Part shown: positions 14,201 to 29,500 of the stretch, in pieces
Layout: the number at the start of each line of letters is the position of its first letter
How positions within the stretch are numbered: position 1 is the stretch's first letter
Made by a program: the position numbers and the translations under genes
DNA from: Lingula anatina
Taxonomy: Eukaryota > Animalia > Brachiopoda
Assembly (NCBI GenBank): GCA_051362555.1
Contig: CM120640.1
Location: 45,858,788 to 45,922,787, forward strand
Reading direction: 5' to 3'
Length of the DNA stretch: 64,000 nucleotides
The notes under the pieces: model-generated
Databases searched by the model: none
What the model saw: only the letters and a program-made list of their open reading frames with translations
What the model was told of the DNA's origin: nothing

Positions 14201-17200
14201 GCTCATATTTTGCTTTCTGTTTATTAAAGTAGAATTATTTTAAATCATTTTCTTATTTAAAAAAAATTAAGGTTGATTTTAATGGCTCCTTTAAAATAGC
14301 TAACATTTCTGTCTATATTAAAGAATTTTTTTACGTAAACAGGGTTGTAGTTTTCATTCATTTCGTAACTTGCCTGTTTCGTTAATCAAAATCTTCTCTT
14401 GAGAAATTGCATTCGTTTTCATCTAATGAACAGAAAGGTGTTTAGAATACAACTTTATTTTCCAAAAATCGTTTACTTTGAACAAAATCTATGAGCATGT
14501 TCAAATGGTAAAAGTACAACGTTCCAAGTTTCCAAACCCCGCCGCTGAGTCTATTTGCTTCCTGCGCCCTTTGTCACCTGTCTTTTGACAGCAGCCATCA
14601 AATTGCAAGTAATTGATCGCAAAAACGTGAATATTTTTCACCTTTGGTAAACAATTAACTGAATGATCAAACGCAAAATCGGTTTAAAGCGTCCAATTGG
14701 GTGGTACCTTCTCCATTACTTATGATCAATTATTCATGGCCGATGGCATCTCAAACCTTCATTTCAATTCCATTCTGTTCTAAATTATGCTTCGGTTTTA
14801 ATGGGGCCTGCAAGGAGATCAACTCCGATTGTAGAGAGATGACCTCGCTTGTAAGCTTGGCAAATAACACGTAAGTCGATTGTTTGACAATTTGATCCGA
14901 TGGAATGTTCTTTATTTGGCCGTTTTTGTCCCCTGGGCCCGCTATTGTGCAGGCATACATAATGCGCAAACGTTGGTCCGAGGGAAGAGCAAAATGAACT
15001 GCATTTTGCCCCCAAAGTTAGGAAGTTAAAGATATACCCAACAAGGCTGCCAATTACGTCAAAACTTTGCTATCGTCACTCGCAACATGTGCAAAGCATT
15101 TTCATTATCTTTTCTGCATAGGATTCTAACAGCTTTCTACGAAATCAACTTATCCGCTTACGCAGAGAAAAATAGTTCCTGCCTCCAAGACACGGACGAA
15201 AACACGGGAAATGCCGTACTGAAGTTTTCTATTTTTTCTATGAATAGCAAACCGCGGAATGTGAATATTATTTAAGCATTCGCACCTGACTGGAAACGAT
15301 ACTTCTGCCTGAGAGAAAAATTAGTTATTTAAGAAACAACTTCAAATTTACGAAAAGTAATTGGCATGTAAACAGCTTCTGAAATGGTTGAAATAAAATT
15401 TAAAAAATAATTTTTTTTTTCACAATTGCAACCTTTATTTTTTGTGTTTTTATGAAAAAGTGACACCTGTATTAAATCTGCTATAATAAAACCATTTACA
15501 TCCGTTGGGCACAAAATTTCGATTTAAAATAATACTATTTAAATCATTCTCAAATATTGAAGAAAGACGCCAATTAAAGTGAATTATCTCGGGCAAGATT
15601 ATACCTCCTACATACTGCTAAAATAGTCACTTTCTATTGAATTATTATTATTATTATTTTTTAGGAATTAAGACAGATATACATTATGTTGACAGCACAA
15701 CAGCATGTTGATGACAGTACTCCTCTATCAACAAATGAACAAAGAACTTTTTCTTAATTAAGTGAAATGTCGGTAGAATCTAAAATGACGGACACTTCGT
15801 CTGTGAAGAAACGTTGTAGCATCTGATAATAACTGCACAATAAAAAGCCTGGGTATCTTAAAGGTAGAGAAATAACTGAGTGTAAACTACCCATTCTGTA
15901 AGTTCCCAGTATTTTCCAGTGAGGAGCGTAGCCGCCGAATAGTTGAATCATGCCCCTTAAAAGTACTTAAGTGGAGAATGACAGAATGATTTCTCAACTA
16001 TAATCAGCGACTGTCATGGCACATTATGAGACATAAAAAAGTAATAACTGCACAATAAAAAGCCTAAGTGTTGCTTGAATGAAAATTGAAAGCTCCGCAT
16101 CAAATATAGATTTGTATTTACAGCATTTTCCATCCGGGTGTTCGGTTTAAGTACCAAAAAGCCCTTAGAGAAATGTCAGATGTGATCGTCAATGAGTACT
16201 AAAAGCTTTTTTTGTGAATTGAATTTGAGAATTAAGGAGACTGTGCGTGGCATTAGAGTATAACAAATCATTTCATGACTCTGAAACCACTAGCGTACTG
16301 ATCAAATCCTGATTTTTTTCTGATCTTGCTTTGGCCTTTTGGTATATTGACTTATTTAAAAATCGATGAATATGTTTGACAATGGGCAAACATTTCTATA
16401 AATCTACATAGACATATCCTGTCAGTAACACAAATGGAAGTTACCAATAACAATTACCAATCTATTATTTATAACTGTTGCAGTTGACGGCATCCATTCT
16501 TTCGACTACGCTCTGCCGGCCCCACCCTTTCTCACTCAATGTTGCCACCGGCAGGCTGGAAAGTATAGGAATTACTACAGTTTCTGCATATACCACAGTA
16601 TCAACATGATCCTAATAAAAATATAAGATTTGAGACAATTTTACACTACAATCGTAAAATTTATTTCCTCCGCCCCCCCCCCTTCCTCCGCCTATCTCCA
16701 TCGCCTTTCTTCGATAATCTGTCTGACAGTGAGTACACTTACCATGGCTCAGTGGGTCCAGGAGATCTTCAATTGGTCTGAAAATACGAGAGTGCATTGG
16801 GGGTAATATCGCTCTAAACAGACTCATTAATGACAAAAAACAACAGCCCAAAACAACGAGAAAAGATGACATACTTGTGTGAAATTGACGATTTTTCACG
16901 ATGATGTATTACGCTGGTAAGTGTCTCTGACAGGTTGAAAGTCCCGCACATTTGAGGGTCAACGTCGGAGGCAGCCACCGTAACTGAATAAGCAAGACAC
17001 GGCCAGTGCTGTCAGTTTGCTGGGCGGTTTCTGCCATTTGAACCGGACAGTGGACTTTTTCACTTTCAACACTCGTTAAGCTGCGTTATGAAAAAAGACT
17101 TGGAGTTATGGCTGGATTTCGACAGATTTTTAAACGAAATTTCAACCTGTTTATCTTTTCACAAAGGGAAACGTTGATTCAATTCAATTTTATTATTATT

Positions 17201-17548
17201 GTTATTGTTATTATTATTATGATTTAAGGAACATATAAACACCACAAAAGTGAAATGAATACAGAAGTGAATGCAGATGGTATATGAAGGGAGAGATAAA
17301 CAGAAATCAACTTACAACAACAAAGCGGCAGCTGATAAAAAGAAATGAAACTCGAAATAGAGGTATCCAAAATAAATGTATTTTAGCACTTGAAATGTAA
17401 TCTACTGCTTACATTGGGGTGAACAACAATGATGAAAAGAGGGTTTTCTGTACTAAAGCAGTGAAGTATTTAGCAATGATAAAGATAACATGTTTATTTA
17501 GATTGGTGTTGTTTTCTCATTGTTTCAAGTTTTAGGTCAGAAATTCAT

Positions 17549-17572
17549 GAGAGAGAGAGAGAGAGAGAGAGA
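17549..17572. repeat. (GA)n microsatellite
   Basis: GA run; similar short runs near 7254-7276, 9400-9414 and 32052-32068. Confidence 0.85.
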
Positions 17573-20500
17573 CTGGGGTAAGGGCATGCATGGCAAACCA
17601 AGCCCTGTTAGCAATATTGTTTCTTCACAGAAAGTCAATTTTACAAATAAAGCAGCACATTTATCATTACATATGTCAAGTGTCGTTCTCTATTTGTTTT
17701 GTTTTTACCATGGCCCTGACACATAGTCACATACGAGTAGGGTCACTGACTTGCCGTTTAAAGGAAACAACTTCGATGCTGAAAGTAGTTAAAATTCTTC
17801 ATAACACCACCTAAATTTATTTCAAATGTTGCTAACAATCAAACATTTCGCAATAAAGAGTGAAGCAAGAATCAAGCTGCCTCTTTAGCAGCGCAGCTAC
17901 TAGCTCGTAAAGGCACGACTAAATTGTTGATAAAAATCACACCACGTCCTTTTATTATATTTATAGCATTTGATATAAAATAAACACACATATTTTGGTT
18001 TCAGTGTTTTGGTAGCAGATTTAGCGGTTGCAGCCTGTAGCACCAGAACTCGTTTGAACAACAAAGCGGCAGCTGAACGTTTGACGCCTGTACCTGATTC
18101 AATTCATCCATTTTCCACAATGCTAACACAGTGCATCAAAGTAAATAAAAGGTATTATATGACATTTCATTTTCTTTCACAATTTGTATTCAAAATATCC
18201 ACATAAGCGAGTACTCTATCGTGATGTTACTTGTATGCCGCATTTTCGGTCAGTGAGTTTTCGTTGAAATCAACACTATATCCATTCGTTAGCGTAGAAA
18301 AAAGCCTCCCTTTCTGAATTAATAATTTTTCAATGTTTCCTATGCCAGTTGTCCCTGTCGTCTTTGTGTGTTAACAACACATAATGAATATAATAATATT
18401 TCTGACGGTTTGAAGAAATTATGACAGATTAAATTTCAGCCAGGTGATAGCTAAACGGCCTAGCTGTTCGTCGAGTTTGGGGACACTCGTGATGTTCTTC
18501 TTAACAGTATAATTGGATTTACTGCCGTGAGAAGGGGACTAGAGCCTGTCGTGTTGGCAGTAGGATTGGCGTTTAGGGACAGGTATTGTAACATTAGTTG
18601 AACTGTACTTAACTTATTATTATTATTATTCTCAGCAATGCATCGATAAATATACAGGTAGATTCAGCACCTATGGTTTGCTTGGTGATGTCGTCTAATA
18701 AATGAAAAAATTGAATTTCCAGAGGTGACCAAAATAGAGTACGGAAAAGGGTGTTCACACTTGCGGTTGTGCAACTTGTGTTTCGATTTTCCTCGTTGAA
18801 CAAGTACGAGATATTACGAAAAACACGACGGGCTGTTGTGCTTTGACAAACTTGACGAAATTTACTCCAATGATCACTAGGGCTTGCAATGTCTTTTCAG
18901 AGATTGGTGACAAGTTATTCGTCACATGTTTTGACTCTGTACGAATATTAGTAATTTTAGTTTTCAACACCTTACAATTAATGTGATAAGAAAGCCTTTG
19001 GCTACAAAAGTTTTATGAGAGTAGGGCGTTTACGGTTTCATTATAGGCGTGATTTTAACAAACACACATACAGTGTATATATCTATAATTTTCCACGTCT
19101 TTTCTTTTATATAAACCACAGTAGTTAAGGCGTGAAAAATCATTTACATCGTCATAAAAATTTCAGAGACACTGAAACATTGCATGGGGAAAAAGGGCAT
19201 GACAACGTAACGTAATAATAAAAAGCCCATTTATCTTCATAAATTGATTACATCCAGATTGCCTCGAATAGCCTAGTAACGAACTCGTTTTCATTTAATC
19301 GCATTTTTTCTCTGTGCTTTCACCCTATTCTTGCAGTAACAAATCACCTTGGACAGGGATGCCATTTATTTGAGATGTCGAGGGTTACGGTTGCTAAGTC
19401 CACTTAAGACGCTTTTCAATTTTCATTTGTTAAAAAAGATCAACTTTCTACGCGTAATTTACTATAACGTGACTGTGTCCGATGTTGTAACCTTCATGTA
19501 GAAAAATTCTGCTGGAGGTTCAACGAACCATGCTTCAGCCGTCCTCATTCTCACGCAGCCTCATGTATTTCTAGATTTTTTTAGTTGAAGAAAAGAAAAG
19601 ATGCATGCTGAAACACACCCTTTTAAAAAGAGTTGAATTAATTAATTAAGGATTAATTTATATACTTTAATTGAATAAAAAGCTACAACAGCAAAGAAAA
19701 CAGCAAACTAACTCCAACAAACAGGATTGAGTTTACGAGGCGAGTGAATTATTTCTTTTAGCTATACTACCCTAGTTCCACCTAGCGAGAAGAGAGCGCA
19801 CGAATATCGATGATAATAGTTAACTTACGGTAACGAATTTCGTGCTATTGTAGATTAAATATGAATAGAAGCTTGGAAATATTGGTTTAGAAGACATGGT
19901 ATTTCCTGGTTTATAGAGAAAAATAACAGAAAGACAATCTAAAAAGGTTAATTAGGTCTACTTTGAGTCCATTTCTTAGAAAAAATGGACTTCCAAAGCC
20001 TTGTTCAATTTGCATCTGAAAGACAAAAAACTAAAAAGAACTTAAGAGATATTTTTCAAAGGGGCAATTATAATTTATATCAATTTAATGGATTTAGCTT
20101 GCGGTTGCTTGGAGAATACAAACGATGGGCAACGGCAGATAGACACTGACAGAGAAACACTTCAGATTCAATATGGCGACGACTTCAGTCATACAGGAGG
20201 TTTAAAAGTCACCTTATGTAGTATTAACAAGGTTAACTGGATTAAGCGTATTTAATTAGGGTCCTTGAACGTGGACGATTTGTCAACATGGAAAATGATA
20301 AAAGGTGGTGACACTGTGACATCCCTGACCGCTTATCAAATGAGCGAGAAAAGACCTTGGACAAACATTAAGAACGGTCTGGTGAGAGAAAAGCCAAGAC
20401 CTTACACGATAGCTGGGCCTTTGCTGACATCCCGGCCTACTGAGGTGTTAACTACGTACAAGAACAGCTTATAAAAGTTCATGGGGGTGATATTTGCCTT

Positions 20501-23500
20501 TGCAATCGAGATTTAGACTGTTTAATGACATTGCAAAAATATCATACATTTTTTTCTTCCTTTCACCTCAAGTCTGCCAGGGGCAATTGTCGATATTAGA
20601 GTGGCAGTCCAAACATTTTATTGTTGTAAGGAACAAAAAGCAGTGAAAGGGTCTGATGTAGTGAGACGACTCTGTTGACATCACCCGCCCTCGTTACCAC
20701 GACACTACGACCTGCCGTAAATAGGTTCGATCGATTGCCATGCTTTGGCATAAAGGAAAATAAAGGGAGTCGCTTGCCATCGAGGGTCAGACAAATCATC
20801 TGGGAGCGTTTCCAGGCCACGAAAGTGACATAAAGTGCAGACACTATAGAAATTTCGCTCAAAAGGAAATTTCACGTTGTTAAGTTAAATATGCTAAAAC
20901 CTACAAATATTTGCCCAACCGGTCGTTCGTGTTCTTGCAAAAGAGTCGATCCAAGCGTAAAAAGCGAGGACAGAATCGATATGAGTTTATATTTTAGTCG
21001 ATGTCTAGTTCTGTTCCTAGCACGTAGGATTGATGATTACTTTTTTACTAATGGAACTTATTAATAAATGTTGGCAAATTGATGTATCGAACAACTGAAT
21101 TTTCCCTATGGTTAAATAGTCGCGTAGGCCATGCTTTCATTTTTTTTTAACCTTCAAGCAAGTCTGATTTTTTCTCAGTCCTTTCTATTCTTGTTCAATG
21201 GAAAATGCGCACATTTATTTCGAAATTCTTAAATAAATGCCACATATTTTTCTACATGACAAATTTCGAATATAAAAGCAAATATATAGAATGGCATTGC
21301 ACTCGATTGCATGCGCTTTTTGACAGCAGTTGTCTTTCATACGATAAGAATATTTTACTCAAGAATGCTCTTAAAGTTTGACAATAAATCATTTTTCCAT
21401 TTACCTAGCTAAGGTGAACACGGTCATGTTCCGTCTTGGAGAAATGATATAAGGCTTCTTCAATCGGTATATTCACAAGACTTTAAATGTATTGGACATA
21501 CATTGACAAATTGCGAACGTATTTCTTCCGAATTTTGCGAAAACATTACTGGAAATACATTTAGTACAAAGACGCGTGAACCTTTGATCATTTTTATCGA
21601 AATCAAAGAACAGGATTTGCTTTTGTTCATCTGTGTGTTAAAATACAAATAAATGCGTTAATTTCGTGACGTGTAGAAGCCTGCGGAAATAGCTCATCTA
21701 ACCCAACTTGTGTATACAATTTTGTCATTCTAGTTTGACAACAAATGCGAATAGAATAGATCTTCAAGAGGAGTCATTGTTGTCTGACTAATTTCCTTTT
21801 GACATTTGGAACGTAAATTTTTAATATCCGTGTCAACTAAAATTATTGTTAGTGGGAGTAATAGTAATGTATAAAAACAGTACATAGCCTTTGAATTATT
21901 ACCTTTTCTCCATTACGTTTTGATTACATATATATGATCCGTATTAATATCAGAAAATGTGCTCTTCAGGCTAACGATATCTCTAGCTTGTATGTATGTT
22001 GTTTAAATAAATTTGATAAAAATTAATTCACAATATTGTCCATTTTAATAAACTATTAGTGCTTGAATATAATATTTCAATCGTGTATGAAATATCTCAA
22101 AATAATATTTTAGACTATTCTAGCTTAAATTGGTACAAATTTAAAAGCCCTTTTTTATTTCAAGTCCTTTATAATGATAAAATTCAATGCGTAAATTGGT
22201 AATTTTACCCATAGAATGAATTCTAATTACCTCAAATACGATTCAATTTGTGATAAAAAGATTAAAAATGGATAATGCGCATTTTTTTATGATTCCGAAC
22301 ATTCGTAATTTCAGTTAAGGAAGAAATTTGAAGTATTTATATCGTTCTTTTCTTCTGTCACTAGTTAGATCAAGATCAATTTCTTATAAAAAAATCACGA
22401 TGATTCTTTTAAATAGTCGACAACGTTTTTAAAAAAACAGCACTTTTCCTAATGTTTGTTCTTAGCAATTTTATTCTTTTCATATTTGGAGATCAGCCAT
22501 AACATGAATTATATATGAGAAATAACAGAAAATAATAAATCAAATAAAGATTCAAATGATTTCAAACACATGGTATCCAGATGATAAATTACTTAAATGA
22601 TGGGTTAAAAAATATATTTTTGATGATTCGGCCGCACCTTCGTTTCATATGTGCATCTTTGAAATTCAACATGTCACATTTAATAAAGAAAAGCTCTAAA
22701 CATGAATGAAGTTGTTAAAAGAAATTGCCATTATATAACCAAATTGAATGGGATTTCCAGATATGGTGCCGGGCGTTACATTTGACCTTTACGGTTATAT
22801 GAGTATATTCACTGGATTGGAACGCTGGTCGTTGACATTTTTGTCACACCTTTATTTTTCCTTCGCCATGCACGATTAACTTTGTTTTGTAATTTTCCAA
22901 TATCACACCAAATAATATTTTTCTTTCAGAAAACTAGAGAGTAATGTTCAGTGTTGCGCATCCAGAATTTGAACTAACGGTCTGAACTTCTATCAATAAA
23001 AAACATAAATATTTATCTAAATATTTCATTATGTTGTCCACGCAAAAATCAATTGTACGCGTAGTTATCTTTATACGTATAAAAACTATTATGATATTTG
23101 TCATTAGAGCACACCTGCATAAATTTACACGTGCTGAAAAAAGCGTTTTTTCTTTTGTTATTGTTCAAAGCCGAATAAAATGTAATCTGTAAGGTCCTTT
23201 GCGGTTCAATGGCCGCGTAACCCTTTGACGAAACCGTGAACCTGAGCCTCCTTTGTGAAATAGTAATAATCTCCACTGGTTTCCATTGTTACATTGCATT
23301 AATAATCATCTACATTCAAAGAAAAATGATAGCACAATTTTTGTCGTTAGCTATTATATGCTTTTTTTGTGAATACATATCATAATATAACTGTTTGTGG
23401 TTAATTTTGACTCCTTGATATACTGTAGAAAATCTTATTTTCACACACACATATATATAGTAAATAAAATCTTTAAAAATAAGTTATTTGTGCTTGAAAG

Positions 23501-26500
23501 CCAAATAGTTTACCCTGATCTTGAAAAAACACTGTTTCATTCTTTTTTTAATTTAAGCTCTTTTTCGACGTTCACTTTTAATCAGGGCTTAACTATGTAT
23601 ACCAACTTCATTCCGAGTATATGATGGTAAATATTTTGTGAAAATTTAAATTTTTTACCCGAAATTCTCCAGGGAGCTGACATTCGGTTGGTGGATTAAA
23701 TTCCCTGGACAGACGATAGAACACAGAAAAAAAAAACGTTTACCCTGACATGTCTGTTGATTCTCAAATCCGATTACGTTGGCGGTCTTCCCTTTGATGT
23801 CATTCTGCTTTTTTGCCCAGCATATAGTTCATTTTACTTTATTTCCTTTCTCTTTTCAGGGTAACTTCCCTTTTCCTGAAACGCACGAAAAGCGCCCTGG
23901 ATATGCTATATGCACAGACACAGGCAAGCAAGTTCTATCCTTCAATGCCATGTTAATTAAAGGATATTTTCAAAGATAACTATGGCGAATCATCTTTTTA
24001 ATAAACGAGTCTTGAAAATGTTTCATTTTTGACAACAATTAAAGTTGCAGTGAAAAACGGAACCTACGAAGAACGAAATGAGAATTTGAATCTTGATCGA
24101 AAAAAGTTAACTAATGATTTGTATTGTTAGTAAACAGTCGAGTATTGATTTAGTTTTTTTTTTTTTTCTGGATCGTCCGGGGCATACAGTTCTCCTGCTT
24201 TTTGTACACCCTAGTGATATCTAACTGACTAACAAAAACGACTTTGAGTTTTGAGATGTGTCAGTCTCGCTGGAAGGGAAATGCAAAGGTATGAGAGAAA
24301 TTACCAGTAAATGTACATCACATGTTCTTAAAATCTGCCTCCGGATCGACTTCTTTTTTATGTATATATCTTTAAAGCTAGTTAATAATATATTTTGTAT
24401 TGCCATTGAATCTAATTGAAATTGCTGAAACAATTTTAAGCCAGGTAATAAAATTAGAAAAAAAATGAAGCAAAAAACTTTTTTTAAAGTAGGAAAAACA
24501 ATGAAATCAATTCTCTTTCCTACCAGTACAGTGCAAATAAAGCATATCTAAAGACAAGATTGCGTGATATGGATACCAACTGAGCAAGAAAGGAAGACCT
24601 TTGTTGAAATAATGTTTCTTTTATATTTATGGTATTTACGAATGAGGCGGCCTTTGGCAGCAGGAAGAGATTCCAGCTGTACAAGTCTATTGTTGAAGTT
24701 AAATTAGTTTTTAATCAGTATGGTATTTATGGTTGACTAAACCCTTCCTTTGGTGACGGGAGCTTGGCTGAAGCTTGAACATGTCTTTAAAACGCGTTTT
24801 CTTATTTTTGTCAAATGTATCACCTTAAAGGTAAACCGCAATGTCAGTCGCTTAATAGCTCCTACGATCTTTCCGTTCTAACAAAGTTGAGCTCAGGTGG
24901 TCCAACACTCGTTCTGGAATATTTTTTAAAATATCCGAGACATGATGACATTTAAAGCTAGGTACCTTGGCTTCTATATACTCTTACTACAGAGGAAAAA
25001 AATGCATACATTTTATCTGAAGAAATATTTGCCCTCTTGCATTTCTAACAACGGCTACGTTTAATATCACATGCCATAACCTCTGTCTTTTAATATAACT
25101 TTATAAGGATATTTTTTTAAAAAATCAAAAAATAATTTCAGAATAGCTGATGGTATCTGTTCTTGAAATGATAACATTTAACGGTTCTGATCAGATTATA
25201 TTTGAGAAAGCGTCTTAAAATTTCCCGAATTCAATGTGAAAATGTTATTTTTAAAATCTAAGTACTTGAAGCTGGCAAACGACTATTACTGCTCAAAATG
25301 TATGCTTAATACGCCGTATGTATTGAGGGAGCTATAAGATCAGTATTATATTCGCTGGTGCCCATCTTTGAGTGGGTAGCCATGTCTCTAACATATCCCT
25401 AACATATTACAATCGATTCATCACTCCAGTCAAAAATACATGTTACATAAAAAATAAGTACGCAAATAACATAGGGTGCAAGTATTTCACTAAAGGATGT
25501 GATATTTTACTTATTTCATTTTATGATTAAATTGCTAAGTGTTCTAGACAATGGAATTGTTAAATGCCGTTAATGATAGTTTCGTGGTTTTTAGCATGCA
25601 TGAACATAACGTACGGTTTTGTCCTGTACACCCTGACTTTATACAGTACTTATGAATGAAAATAAATCAAATAATCCCATCAAGTCTATGTAACTTTTGG
25701 TTTTAAAACATCACTATTGATCCCGAGAATACTTAAATGAACAGCAAAAAATAAAAGACTTATTAGAGCGTTATCATTAATAATTTTACGGAATTATTAC
25801 AACGTCATAGTGCGAAGAAGTGCAAGCCTTAACAGGCATTGAAGCAAAGCACCAGAAAACCAGAAAGCATGCAGTTATGTGTCTGATTACATGTTCTTAT
25901 CTTCTAAACTCAACTCATTAAAATCACATTTATCTGAATAGTTTAAGACACTAACGTACACTATTCTAACAACAGGATATACAGTTACTAAATTCACCAA
26001 AATTTGACAACATGTGTTTATAGATAGATTCACGCCAAATATAAAGAGATACCAGCTGTGATTTACAAGTACACCTTTACAAGATCCAAGTATATTCTTG
26101 TAGTTAATTGAAAGCTATAAGCACTTGGTGCACATATTTACCTGCCGACTTCATTTCAATGTACTCGGTGAACCCTGCAAAAATCCCCCAATTTTCCTCT
26201 CAAGCTCTCAAACTGAGGAAGTTCCTCACTGATTCACATGAATTATCGCTTTGAAGGTACCGAAGTAGACGGTATGTGGACTCATTCCCCGGCCTGCTGG
26301 ATAATGCCTTCACTTTGTTCCCTTTCTACGAGGGAACCATGTAGCCACATTATTTTTACATGGAAATACATCATTTCGAAAACGAGCATTAAGCAGATTT
26401 CGATGACTTAAACATGCCTCTGCTGTCTACCCATGCTAAAGGTTAAATGATTATTTCTTTATCGTGTAGAAGGGGTTAAGAACTAAGAAATTTATTTCAG

Positions 26501-29500
26501 TCGCATTAAATCCATGAAAAATTGTGAATTTAAGATTTATTATCAATCGTCAAGCCATGAAGGTAAATTTGTAGCCAAGAATACGTGACCCTATATTTCG
26601 CCACATGGCATACCATTAAAAAAATCAAACCTAGGTCGAGACAGGAGCTTTGCACCAGGAAATATATGGCCAAGTTTTCCGACGTCTTGAGAGCACCATT
26701 CTGATAGCAAGCGCTGAGCTGAACTTGGAAATTTATTGCTGACCTAAACGACAACACAAAGTCAGTCTTGTATAAATGTAGAGGTTAAAGAGTGCTGCAA
26801 ATCTAGCAGCGAAATCTCGATTAAAGTCGGCTTAACAACCGGTTTGTTTAGCAAGTTTCCAGTTGGAAACGCCCATGACGAGATGTTATGGAAAACAAAA
26901 GTGACTTTGTTTCAGAAACTATGGCGTCAAAATATGACTTATTTTAACCATGAGCATTCCTGTAAAAAATGAAAATGTACAGACTCTATCGCTTTGACTC
27001 GTCGAGCAAAAGGCCCACATCGAAAATCTATAATAATCAGCAAGTATCTGCTATAAAACGCGGGAGTCCAGCGACCAAGGCACACTTTATTGATAACTAC
27101 AAATTGTTTCAGAATTTCAAACAAATTATCAAAACACAAAACTCAGGTCTGCAACAGAAGGCACTATAAATTACATTAGGTTCACCATTACAAATCGTGA
27201 CTACAATACTCGTGTATCGGTGTAGTTATCATGACCCTTCTCCCTGCTGTCGTTTTTCAGCCTATCTGACAGTGAGTTCTGCATGATTAAGTGTATGTGC
27301 ACCGAGTTGCATCGATGTAAACTACGGGAGGCTCGTGACCCGTTAATACGAAACAGGCAAAAGTCAGCGAGGGGCGGGCTACTAAGTACACTTTGAGTTT
27401 TTTCAGGGAAAAGTGCGAAAAATATGGATAAAAATGCTGAAGTGCTTCAATTTTGATGAAAACGGCGCTAATTTCTGAATCAGATATTGTGAGAATCTAC
27501 CACTTCATTAAGTTATACTAATTTTCTACGTTTTACAGTCTTACAAGAGGCATATCAAACGAATACTATTGTTCAAATAGACCACGTTAATATATCCCTT
27601 TTTAGTGTAAATAGAATCTGTGATAGATAAGCCACGTTAAATGATTGGATTGAAAGAAAATGAGCAATGGACAAACCTGTTAATATTGTCTTTATCATAA
27701 AGTTTCAAACGTCGGTTCATCTTAGTTTGCTTCAATTAAGTACGATTACATAGACCATTATTTTCATTGAACTTCTTTTCTTGAGGAGTAGCTGGAAGAT
27801 AATTAATTTCACGAGAATTCCACGCAATATCTTTTTCAAATTAGTACCCATCATTCATCTTCTTTCCGTGATCTTTATTGATTCATTAATGAAAAAACGA
27901 CCATTCATTTTTCTTCCTAAAAGTCTTGGTAACAGCGCATTATTTGAAATCAAGGAGTTTTGACATTATTGTACTAGTTGGTACTGACTGACCTTTATGT
28001 AATAGGTATAAACCCAATTCTGTATGTACACCTATGGTGCAAAGATTTTAACGCACTTGGCCTTTGCTCGTATGTTATTCCATAACCATGAGAGAGACGA
28101 TATTCTTTTGAGATAAAAAAACTAGAAAAAGCACTTAACTCTTGGTGTCAAATTCATCTTGTTGTTTACCAGTTTAGTTTTTCCAAATAAAATAAATATT
28201 TATTTGATTTGAGATATATGCGATATTTACCTTAAAAAATAACCAAAAAGTGTAAAACTACGTTAAAAAATATACTACTTCATTAATAAGCTTCTAATCC
28301 GTTTACATAAATGCAACTGAATAAATAAATCAGAAGACCAAAGTCAGCTAAGTTCTGAATTAACCATTTTCTACAAAACAAATGCCGCTCTTCGCGGCCC
28401 GGGAGGCCATTTTTCAGTCTGAGAGCTTACAATTGGCGACTGTTTGACAATATATATTGGCAGTATATTTCAGAAATCTACTTTGTCCCCAAGATGGGGT
28501 CGCAAAGTGCAAGACAGGCGTAAGATTATGACACAAAGGTCGCAAAACCCGTCACCAGAGGAGGCAGTTGGAGGGATAAAGGCAAATTCACAGAGCAATA
28601 ACCTAGAAACCATTTTGTCGAACATTCTGTGTGCGTGAAATGTATGGGGTCAGTCTGCAGCAATAGATCTTACCCATGTTTGAAACATTCTAAATAAGGT
28701 CCAAGCCCATTGGTCAAATTGCTACGGCAATTAACAAGCAGAATAAAAGTGATGCCAAATCATTGGCGTTGTTCTTTTACGGCATACGTTTTATAATATT
28801 GCTTGTCGTTTCAGTGTATGTCTTTAAATGGTCACAAAAAGTCACAAGCGTATTCAATAAATCGTGCATATTTGAGCAATACCGATTAAAACTAAACAAT
28901 AATCTTTTCTGTTGCAAGAACGGCGTCTGTAGAACTCTTCCAATGTTCCATCCGTCGGCCATCTCAAAGGCAAACAGACCACGTATAAAATTACCTGAAC
29001 TAAAAAGTAGAAATACGTTATTGTCTTCTAACCCATTTAATATATTGTCAAGCACGAGAAACCCTTTCTCGTTACTTTCTTGGAATCGGTTCCATGGCAA
29101 ACGTCGAACAAAGTACTCACCCAAGCTTGCTCTTTTATCGCCGGGTACTCTAAAAGTGCTGCTTTAATCGGGCAATTACATAATGATCAAATGCTTGAAA
29201 CGCTTAGTTATTTCCTTTAGTACAAAGGATTGCGTGATATCTTGTGTTTATTCAAACAATTGGGCAAACAAATCTAGAACGCTCCTTATAGGGTGCTTTT
29301 CGGCTACCGGATAACCACAAGTGTTCTCTCGAGGGATACTCTTATGATTAAAGCACGTAATTAGGCTTGTCGCTAAAAGTGAATAGCATATCAAATGACT
29401 TGTATCTTGAAGCTGTGAAGAATCTTAAGTCTTATTCGTTAGAAGATATACCGTATACTTGAAAGTTTTGCTCACTTACTTATTTGCAAATAGTTACTTT

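Noticed and set aside
28763-29167. Overlapping 134-aa and 115-aa ORFs on opposite strands
   Set aside because: Non-ATG starts, AT-biased composition, no recognisable motif or exon structure.
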